Assembly (NCBI GenBank): GCA_000165345.1 | Contig: CM000434.1 | Coordinates: forward strand, 576,001 to 640,000 | Direction: 5' to 3' | DNA length: 64,000 nucleotides | Shown here: in pieces, positions 39,169-47,523 of the stretch | How the letters are laid out: every line of letters begins with the position of its first letter | How positions within the stretch are numbered: the first letter of the stretch is position 1 | Made by a program: the position numbers and the translations under genes | The notes under the pieces: model-generated | Seen by the model: only the letters and a program-made list of their open reading frames with translations | Databases searched by the model: none | Told to the model about the DNA's origin: nothing

Positions 39169-40874
39169 TTAAGATACATTCTTTTGCTACTTCTTTTGCA
39201 AAGAACTAACTTAATAAGTAAAAGTATTAATATTATAAAAGATATTAATGCATAGAATAAAATTGAATAAATGCTTGAGCTCATCTGTAACTCTTGGTAG
39301 TAAATATAATTATTAGGAAAACCCATCTTTGTAAGCTTGTTAATTAATTGGATTGGGAATAGCTTTTTTATTGGAATATGAAATATTGAGGGTATAATAT
39401 TAAAACTTGAATTACCTGCAATACTAATTGTGTAATTCTTTTCTGGAACGAACAAGCGAATATATTTATATAAACTTGGATCAGAAAATATACCTGTAAT
39501 CATGAGGTAGAGCCCATATGATATTACTGATTTACTAGATTTATTTAAATTAAAGAGTTGGAACCTTGGTATAACTTCCATTAGTGTCGTTAAAAACGAC
39601 CCCATGAAGAATACTGCCACCATATGTGGTATAATCCAATATAAGTTGAACGAATTAGCAACAATGTCAATGATTGAGAACTTGGAAATGTTTGGAATTT
39701 CAAATATGAAATGTATTAATATCAAATTCAGCATGAAAAAGATCACAACAGAAATTGATGATAAACAAAGAATACTGATAGAGCTCATTCTACCAATTGG
39801 AGTTATAGAATCTATCTCAAACCTTTCCTTGAATTTTTTAGTGAGGCCAAATAGATTTTTATAAAGGATGGCAAATATAAGAGATCCAATTGCAGATCCA
39901 AGTAGGAAAACTACGCAATTTAATGTATAATAAGTCAAATTTAAACTTAACAGATATGCATCTGAACGATCTCCATTAAATCCCAAATCTTCATATCTTT
40001 CAAAAGAAAATGATGAAGTTATCTGATAGAAACTATATATTTCACTCACTATATTTGTGAATAATCCTACCAAAAATATCACAAAATAGATGATAATTAT
40101 TTTTATTTTGTCTTTGCTTTCATCACTATTATTTGAGATGCTGCTTTCCAATTTCTTGTAGTAGTAATTATCCTGAAGAACCATTTCAAGAGCTGAATTA
40201 TTATTTGAGCTCTTAAAGTCCTTATAAATAGAAATGACAAGTACAAGAGAAATTAATGTTGAAACTCCTCCAGTAAGAATCCAAATTATACGAGAATATG
40301 TTGTGACAACTTCATCATTTCCTTTTAGATAAACCATTGTAGAAACTGCAATAGATAAAAATGATCCAAAACTCTTGTAGCAAGATACTGCTCCAAATAA
40401 CTTGGCTGTTTCAGGGCTATTAAGTTTATAGTTTACAGAAATGACTTGTACTGATGGCTCCAATGCTCCATATGAAAAAGAAAGCAAATATCTACAGAGA
40501 ATCAAAGTAATGTACGAACTAGAAAATGGTTGTATCATAGATATCAAGCCACAAACCATAAATGATATACTTAAAACTATTTGTGGCTTCAAATAATTGC
40601 AAACTAGACTCCAAAACAAAAAGCCAATGCATCCAATAAGATGTTGGGAAAAAAGTATCCATTCTGAGTTCAAATAACCTGCTGATTTCCTCCAAATATA
40701 TCCAAATAAAAGCATATTTACAAATAACCTTTCGCTGAATCCTTGCAATAGACACATAAACAGTGTAAATTTGAATGAATGAGAAATTGGTCTAGATTTA
40801 GAGATGGTTACATTTTGACTTTCCTCGCTGTAGTCTGAAGTAAAATCACTAGAAGTTGTTTCTTCTCTAATCAT
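39165..40874 (-). CDS. Polytopic membrane transporter (about 10-12 TM helices; MFS-like, family unassigned)
   Basis: 569-aa ORF with many hydrophobic helices: LFVNMLLFGYIW, LIGCIGFLFWSLVCNYL, IVLSISFMVCGLISMIQ, FGSFLSIAVSTMVYL, IIIYFVIFLVGLFTNIV, VVFLLGSAIGSLIFAILY, ILCLSSISVVIFFMLNLILIHFIF, VAVFFMGSFLTTLMEVI, ISYGLYLMITGIF, ILFYALISFIILILLLIKLVL. A hydrophilic central loop separates two halves. Confidence 0.55.
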   Translation of the reverse strand: MIREETTSSDFTSDYSEESQNVTISKSRPISHSFKFTLFMCLLQGFSERLFVNMLLFGYIWRKSAGYLNSEWILFSQHLIGCIGFLFWSLVCNYLKPQIVLSISFMVCGLISMIQPFSSSYITLILCRYLLSFSYGALEPSVQVISVNYKLNSPETAKLFGAVSCYKSFGSFLSIAVSTMVYLKGNDEVVTTYSRIIWILTGGVSTLISLVLVISIYKDFKSSNNNSALEMVLQDNYYYKKLESSISNNSDESKDKIKIIIIYFVIFLVGLFTNIVSEIYSFYQITSSFSFERYEDLGFNGDRSDAYLLSLNLTYYTLNCVVFLLGSAIGSLIFAILYKNLFGLTKKFKERFEIDSITPIGRMSSISILCLSSISVVIFFMLNLILIHFIFEIPNISKFSIIDIVANSFNLYWIIPHMVAVFFMGSFLTTLMEVIPRFQLFNLNKSSKSVISYGLYLMITGIFSDPSLYKYIRLFVPEKNYTISIAGNSSFNIIPSIFHIPIKKLFPIQLINKLTKMGFPNNYIYYQELQMSSSIYSILFYALISFIILILLLIKLVLCKRSSKRMYLN

Positions 40875-41355
40875 TTTCTTATGGTTTATTTTGATTGACT
40901 TTAAGTCTTAATTTTTCATTTGAATTTTATTAAAGGAAAAACATGTATTTAATAGAGCCCGCCAATAATTTAAGATCCAATAACTTTGTCAAAAATTTCA
41001 AATTTGGAAATAATAATAATTTAACAGAAAGCCAAAACGTGAATTAAGCTTTTTAAATTACACACTGATTTCAATTCCTGAACTACAGAGAGTGTCCGTA
41101 GTTCAAGTGAATGTATTCATTATTTTTGAAACATAGTGATATAACTTTGTCAAGTTTTTGTAAAAGCAGAAATACAAACATTAAGAAAAATTAAATTTGG
41201 CCACTTATTTATATGGCCAATTAATAAGTTAAATTTTTGGGATAATCCAAGATTCTTTGTATTCAATTTATAAAAATACAAGAAAATACATTTCTACTCA
41301 ATTTGTAATGAAAAAAGAGAATAAATCGAAACTAATGTACTTGTTTAAAGTATAA

Positions 41356-42177
41356 TTAACGATTTTGAGTTCTGCTTTGTCGGTGAGAACGAGTTCTATG
41401 AAGATTTCCAGTAGAAAGGGAAAAGCCATCGTTGAATTCTTGCGAGCTTCCTTGCCTTAGCATTCTATTTCTACTAGAACCTGAGGAATTGTCAGAGTTT
41501 CTGATAACCCTGTTTCCGCGTCCATCTTCTTCAATTTCTTGAACAGTCTCTCTAACAGTTCCATCTGCTAATCTTTCAGTAGTTTTAGTCCTAGTGATCA
41601 CTCTTCCATTTATAACACTTGTACTAGTAGAAACAGATTTTGAGACCCCTCCTTGGAATCCCATCCCAGAGCTGAATGAGGAAGATGAAAAGCTTTGCAT
41701 ATTTCCAAAACCTGAGCCTGATAGACCAAAATTACTAAATATTTGAGAATGTAAGTCGTCAAAAGGAGAAAGTCTACTCCCTCTTGATCTAGAAAACCCT
41801 CTACTACTTCTGGATGGCTCATTAAAGCCAGGAAATTCTCCGAAAGACGAAAATATGTCAAAAATATTGTTTGTACCAAAGAATTCTTCAAATATACGGC
41901 TGGCATGTCCCATACTAAAGTGACGATCAAATCCATGAAAATCAGATGAAAAGTCAGCAGAAACACCATCAGCTCCATAGGTATCATATCTATTCCTCTT
42001 TTCCGGATCAGAAAGAACTTCGTAAGCTTCTGCAATCTTTTTGAACATCTCCTCAGCTTCTTCTCTATTATCAGGGTTTTTATCAGGATGCCATTTTAAT
42101 GCTAATTTTCTATATGACTTCTTTATTTCACTAGTAGATGCATCCCTTTTAACTTCCAAAATTTCATAATAGTCCAT
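41356..42177 (-). CDS. DnaJ/Hsp40 J-domain protein, short type (J domain + G/F/S-rich region, no C-terminal substrate-binding domains)
   Basis: 273-aa ORF. J domain: [68 protein letters not shown], carrying the HPD motif. It is followed by a Gly/Phe/Ser-rich segment and an R/S-rich tail. The overall layout resembles DNAJB6/B8-class proteins. Confidence 0.85.
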   Translation of the reverse strand: MDYYEILEVKRDASTSEIKKSYRKLALKWHPDKNPDNREEAEEMFKKIAEAYEVLSDPEKRNRYDTYGADGVSADFSSDFHGFDRHFSMGHASRIFEEFFGTNNIFDIFSSFGEFPGFNEPSRSSRGFSRSRGSRLSPFDDLHSQIFSNFGLSGSGFGNMQSFSSSSFSSGMGFQGGVSKSVSTSTSVINGRVITRTKTTERLADGTVRETVQEIEEDGRGNRVIRNSDNSSGSSRNRMLRQGSSQEFNDGFSLSTGNLHRTRSHRQSRTQNR

Positions 42178-42341
42178 GATCTAAGGTTTTTAGATACTTA
42201 AGTGTTGTTGATAAATCCAAAAATTCATTAACCTAGAATGATTACTAAAAAATAAGGCGCTAAATTTTTCCCCCTTGCCATACCGGCAATAAAAAAGAAT
42301 AGGAAAAATTTGCCTAAATAAATTTGTGGGAATTAGAAATT

Positions 42342-45300
42342 ATGAATCCCATAAAAAATGAGTATTTAATTGAAGGCTATAGTGTTCCGTTTCCATATGA
42401 TGCTTATAAATGCCAAATTAATTATATGCAAAAGATTTTGTATTCACTTAAATACAAAAAACATGCACTTTTAGAAAGTCCTACAGGTACCGGTAAAACA
42501 TTATGTTTATTAGCATCTACCCTTGCATTTCAAAAGCATTTTCTGATTAGCCATGGGTCATTAAAGAAGCCTATTGAAAATACCAGTTCTGCTGGAGTTA
42601 TTAAATCAGAAGGAGGATCAATTGAATTGATGGGAGTCCCACGTACTGTTCTAGAAAACAACAAAGAGACAAAAATGGATATGCTTATCCCTAGAATAAT
42701 ATATTCTTCAAGGACGCACAGCCAACTTTCCCAAGTAATGCGTGAATTAAAATCTTCCGGAATTTCTGATGGCTTCACTATTGAGTTATTCGATACAGAC
42801 GCTGAAAATAAAGCGAAGATTGAAAAATCAACTTCAAAGAAACGTCCAGTTATTAAGGGTGGAAAGAAGCTTTTCAAAGCAACAATTTTGGGTTCAAGAG
42901 ACCAGCTATGTGTTCATCCTAAGATTTCCAAATTTAGAGGGAATGCATTGATAAAAAATTGCCGAAAAATAACCAAAGAGGGCAAATGCAAATATCATAA
43001 CAACTTAAAACAGGCAAACACTTCAGGGGTTGCTGCAGATATCCAAGATATAGAAGATCTTAAAAATATCGCATCATCTTCTGATTCGGGTTACTTTTGC
43101 CCTTTTTATGCAACTAGAGAAATTGAAAGCGTTTGTAATGTTGTTTTACTTCCTTATAACTATCTTTTAGATAGCATTACACGTCAGAACCTAAAAATTG
43201 ACTTAAATAATACTGTATTGATTTTGGATGAAGCTCACAATGTAGAATCTGTTTCAGAAGAGGCTTATTCATTTGATTTGAGAGATATTGATCTCGCTCT
43301 TTCTCAAAAAGCGATTCAGAATATTCTAGAGGCCACAAAGCTTGGGCTTTTGCAAGAAAAAGAATCTGATGAACAAGATTCAGAAGTAGATATTTCTTTT
43401 GATATTGAAGTGGCAGTTGCACTGGCAACTGGTATTCACTTACTTTCTAGAAATCTGAAGGAAATCCCATGTCCGGTTCCTACAAATAATAATGGTTCAA
43501 AGTTCAAGAGCTTCCCAAAAATGGGTGAAGTTCAAGGGACTACTTATCCAGGTTCTCATATTTACTCTTTGTTTGCTTCCTCTGGGTTCGGAATTGATAA
43601 TTTTCAAGCTATAGATGAATGCCTCACGAATATGATAAATTTTGGCCAAAACTTAGTTGGGCCTGGAGGCAATGTATCAAGCCAATTGGATGTAAATTCT
43701 ATTCAGATAAATGCAAGAATAGGCGCATTAGAAAGGTTTCAGAGATGCTTAAGACTAACATTCAATGAAACAGTAATGAAAAACCCTCAGTGGTTTAAAC
43801 TGTACATTCATTATGAGCCTGATAGTTACAAGGAAATTAATGGTTTTGATGAAAATGGAGGTCAGAATTCATTTGTAGACCCAGAAACTACAGATCAAGG
43901 ATTGAGCCTCTATCTTAGTTTTTGGTGTTTTAGCGCTGCTGCAGCACTTTCTTCTCTTGTGTCTGCAGGAGTAAGATCAATGATTATTACATCAGGTACT
44001 CTCTCTCCATTGGATACCTTGGCTCAGCAATTTAGCAGCTCAAATGTAACATTTGATGTGTTTCTTGAAAATGATCATGTTATAGATAGCGAGTCACAAC
44101 TTTGGGCTGCCACTTTAGAAAGAGGGAATTCAACTAATAATACACATTTAATTGGTTCATACGAAGCTAGAAACAATCCATCATACTTTTCTTCACTTGG
44201 AAGTGTAGTTTTCGATTGTGTTAAGCGAATTCCGGATGGGATTCTCTTATTCTTTGGATCCTATTCTTTAATGGATCAGGCTGTGAAACATTGGACAGAT
44301 CAGGGCCTAATTGAACGTATTAAGGCCTTTAAAAGTGTTTTCATTGAACCCAGAAATTCCTTTGAATTGGGTTCGGTTTTGGACTCATATATGGATTGCA
44401 TTAAGAAGGGAGCAGATTCTTCATCCCAGAATGATGGATATTTTAAAGACAAGAAAGCTAAAAGCGGCTTGTCAGATTTTGTCCTCAAATCCAAGAGGAT
44501 TTCTTCTTCAGGCTCACTACTTATTGCAGTATGTAGAGGGAAGGTTTCAGAAGGAATCAACTTTTCAGACAATGCTTGTAGAGGAGTAATCATTGCAGGA
44601 CTTCCATTCCCATCAATAGCAGATGCTAGGGTTTGTCTCAAAAAACAATATATGGATGAAAGCAAAATGGATGGACGTCAATGGTACAATCAACAGGCAA
44701 TTAGAGCTGTAAATCAAGCTATTGGCCGTGTTGTTCGCCATAGAAATGACTATGGAGCAATTATTCTTGCAGACAAACGCTTTAATCAACCAAACATTTA
44801 TACCAGGCTTTCAAAATGGATCAGAACTAATACAAAACATCTACCTCAATTAGATTCCAGACAGCTTGATAATATTTCAGATTTTTTTGAAAAGAAACTT
44901 TCTATTACTGTAAATGGCACTAATTGCCAGTCTTCAGAAGGCAATAATAACAAAGAAATCCCCACCAAAACTTTACCTAGTAATATTACAGGAAACAAAA
45001 CAACTTTGTACGGAAGAAATCCTTCTGTAGTTAGCTTCCCTAACTTGTCAAACGAAATTAATACATTGTTGAAACGGGTAGAGAATAAAAATACAACAAA
45101 GGAAGAATCTAAGGGAGAAGAGAATAATACTAATAACAAAATAATCATTCCAAAACCTTTCCCTGGCCTTATTTCCAAAGTTAGTGTACCTTGGAAGAGA
45201 GTAAAAACTTCTTCCCCTTGCTCAGAGTCTCGAAATTCAACACCATGGACATTTTCTTCAAATAAAAACGAAAGTAGTATTCATGAAAATCAAAAAAGGA

Positions 45301-45644
45301 CAAATTTCAATATTATTCCATTAGAAAAGATGAATTACCAAGAAATATTGAATAATTCAAAGAATATACTAAAAGAAGACGAGTTTAATCGTTTGAAGCC
45401 TTATATACAAAATTTGAGCCAAGTGAATTCCAACTCTTTAAGATCTATTGCTAATATTTTGTTTCCAAGCTATATAATGGATGAAAAGGAGTTAACTGAA
45501 AGAAAATCGTTGGCCCTAGAACTCTTAAAACTACTCTCGAATAAATATAGAGAAGAGTTTAGGACAATGATTGAGAAGATGACTTCAAACATCGATATGA
45601 TGAAAGATAAGGCTTTGGTTGATGCATTGGAAAGCGAATTATAG
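42342..45644 (+). CDS. RTEL1-like Rad3/XPD-family Fe-S DNA helicase
   Basis: The ORF track starts at TTG 42324; the first ATG is 42342 (MNPIKNEY). N-terminus: VPFPYDAYKCQINYMQKI...LLESPTGTGKTLCLLASTLAF (Walker A). A four-Cys Fe-S cluster: C(196) ... C(213) ... C(222) ... C(259)PFYATRE. DEAH box: LILDEAHNVE. C-terminal motifs: GRVVRHRNDYGAIILAD. The N-terminal spacing matches RTEL1 better than XPD, CHL1 or FANCJ. There is a long N/K-rich C-terminal extension. Confidence 0.8.
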   Translation: MNPIKNEYLIEGYSVPFPYDAYKCQINYMQKILYSLKYKKHALLESPTGTGKTLCLLASTLAFQKHFLISHGSLKKPIENTSSAGVIKSEGGSIELMGVPRTVLENNKETKMDMLIPRIIYSSRTHSQLSQVMRELKSSGISDGFTIELFDTDAENKAKIEKSTSKKRPVIKGGKKLFKATILGSRDQLCVHPKISKFRGNALIKNCRKITKEGKCKYHNNLKQANTSGVAADIQDIEDLKNIASSSDSGYFCPFYATREIESVCNVVLLPYNYLLDSITRQNLKIDLNNTVLILDEAHNVESVSEEAYSFDLRDIDLALSQKAIQNILEATKLGLLQEKESDEQDSEVDISFDIEVAVALATGIHLLSRNLKEIPCPVPTNNNGSKFKSFPKMGEVQGTTYPGSHIYSLFASSGFGIDNFQAIDECLTNMINFGQNLVGPGGNVSSQLDVNSIQINARIGALERFQRCLRLTFNETVMKNPQWFKLYIHYEPDSYKEINGFDENGGQNSFVDPETTDQGLSLYLSFWCFSAAAALSSLVSAGVRSMIITSGTLSPLDTLAQQFSSSNVTFDVFLENDHVIDSESQLWAATLERGNSTNNTHLIGSYEARNNPSYFSSLGSVVFDCVKRIPDGILLFFGSYSLMDQAVKHWTDQGLIERIKAFKSVFIEPRNSFELGSVLDSYMDCIKKGADSSSQNDGYFKDKKAKSGLSDFVLKSKRISSSGSLLIAVCRGKVSEGINFSDNACRGVIIAGLPFPSIADARVCLKKQYMDESKMDGRQWYNQQAIRAVNQAIGRVVRHRNDYGAIILADKRFNQPNIYTRLSKWIRTNTKHLPQLDSRQLDNISDFFEKKLSITVNGTNCQSSEGNNNKEIPTKTLPSNITGNKTTLYGRNPSVVSFPNLSNEINTLLKRVENKNTTKEESKGEENNTNNKIIIPKPFPGLISKVSVPWKRVKTSSPCSESRNSTPWTFSSNKNESSIHENQKRTNFNIIPLEKMNYQEILNNSKNILKEDEFNRLKPYIQNLSQVNSNSLRSIANILFPSYIMDEKELTERKSLALELLKLLSNKYREEFRTMIEKMTSNIDMMKDKALVDALESEL

Positions 45645-45668
45645 TATTATAATCGCTTTCCTTTGAAA

Positions 45669-47141
45669 TCACCAAATATAATTAAAGCTTTCTAATTGCT
45701 TCTTATTTAAGTTTAAATTATCAAAATTAATGTTTTGTTTTTCTGAATTAATGTATATTTTTCGTTGGTTTTTAGATTTCTTGTTATTTAAATCTTTTTT
45801 GTGATTTTGTTCGTTCTCCTCCCCATATAAATATGAACTAAGATCTGATGTATTTGACCAATGGATTGTATAGTGGCCATCTTCTGATGGCCACTTTTCC
45901 ATGTATTCTTGGGTTGCATAATACAATTTCCTCATTGTTTCTAATGCACTATATTGAGACATCTTTGATAATTCATTAGAGCTTTCTTTTTCTAATACCT
46001 GCTTTTCCATTGCATTCTCTGAAAAGGTATATCCATTTTCAATAATAGAATGGACTCCATAGCCATCATTCCCAGAGCTATAATCAGAATTATAACACTT
46101 AGTTTGGAAAATTTGGTTATTTTCGATATGGCTGGAGTCAAAGTATATATTATCTTCACTACTAGGTCCAGACTTACAAAGAATAGTCTGATTTAGCTCT
46201 TGATTATCATCGTACACAGTAAATCTGGCTCTTTTTCTGGCTCCCATGCCTCTATTTCCTGCTTCAATCTGATCTGTTTGACATTTGTTCAATTTACTCT
46301 TATTTCTAGCCTTTAACCAAAGCTGTTTTGCATACTCGTAAGCATCTTTTATTGAAGAATGCCTACTCAAAGCAACCCATCCGACGTATGAGTTGTGGTA
46401 CCTGACTCTATAACCAATTTGCCTTCTATCAAAGTATACCCCAGGAATTGATGGCATTAACTGGGCCTGAGTTTCAACCTCATTTAGTATGCTTCTCTTC
46501 CCATTCCTATCAACAGCAGTGAATTTATCCAATCCGGATGATCTTATTTGATGTTGATAACATTGTGAATGCACAATTCTTTGTCCATTATCCTGAATTA
46601 CTTCACCGAACATACTAAAATTATGATGAAAGTGAAAATTAGACAATGCTTTGTGCTGCGAATGATCAGATTTTAAACCACCAATTTCGTTGGTAAAAAC
46701 TTTAAGTTCACGGCAATCGTCTGATTCTTGACATCCTATGGAAAAAAGTTCTTCATGAATATTACTATCAGAAACTACACCACTCAAGCTTTCTGAGCCA
46801 ATAATCTCACCTATATTGCAGATTTTTGAGGATGAAAAGCTATCTCCTTGCAAAACATAATAAGGATTTAACTCCTTTAATCCCGATTTATCAATGCCAT
46901 CTCCGAATGAATGGTGACAATTAACAATATTTTCACCTTTACAATTCGGTATTTCACATTCGGCCTGATTGATTACTGTATTTGTTGATTCCTCAAATTC
47001 CTTGTTATTTGGAATGATAATTTCAGTTTCCTTTCCAGTTTTCTCTTCAATGACCAAATCCTTTCCTCCATTGAATTCTAATTGCAGATCTGGACAGTTG
47101 TTATATTTTTCAAGAAATGAGTTTTCTGAAGCTAATAACAT
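45669..47141 (-). CDS. ApiAP2-domain protein (single AP2 domain)
   Basis: 490-aa ORF. AP2 domain: PSIPGVYFDRRQIGYRVRYHNSYVGWVALSRHSSIKDAYEYAKQLWLKARNK. Its stop lies only 24 nt from the stop of the convergent RTEL1-like gene. Confidence 0.6.
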   Translation of the reverse strand: MLLASENSFLEKYNNCPDLQLEFNGGKDLVIEEKTGKETEIIIPNNKEFEESTNTVINQAECEIPNCKGENIVNCHHSFGDGIDKSGLKELNPYYVLQGDSFSSSKICNIGEIIGSESLSGVVSDSNIHEELFSIGCQESDDCRELKVFTNEIGGLKSDHSQHKALSNFHFHHNFSMFGEVIQDNGQRIVHSQCYQHQIRSSGLDKFTAVDRNGKRSILNEVETQAQLMPSIPGVYFDRRQIGYRVRYHNSYVGWVALSRHSSIKDAYEYAKQLWLKARNKSKLNKCQTDQIEAGNRGMGARKRARFTVYDDNQELNQTILCKSGPSSEDNIYFDSSHIENNQIFQTKCYNSDYSSGNDGYGVHSIIENGYTFSENAMEKQVLEKESSNELSKMSQYSALETMRKLYYATQEYMEKWPSEDGHYTIHWSNTSDLSSYLYGEENEQNHKKDLNNKKSKNQRKIYINSEKQNINFDNLNLNKKQLESFNYIW

Positions 47142-47523
47142 CAGTGAGAAAAATAGAATTTTTTCTTGGAACTGGAGTTTCCTGCAAAAATCTTTGCAAA
47201 TTTGACATTACTTTTCATTTATGCACTTTTTTGTCATCTGGTGACAGAACCCACACATTGATTTACATAAAACATAAAATATAAATATTAAAAACAAAAA
47301 AACTCAAGATTCATCAAGACTAATGAAATACATTAATTAACATAAAATAATTACAAAAAATCAACAATAAATAAATTTCTGACTTCTTACTCATTACTTT
47401 AGTAGTCAAGACTTTTTTTTTCAAAAATAGTTTGCATGTATAGCCCGCCAAATGTATTAAAAAAAAATGAATTTTACTAGAATAATAGTATTAAATAAAT
47501 TCGAAGAAATTTTCGTTAGGTAA

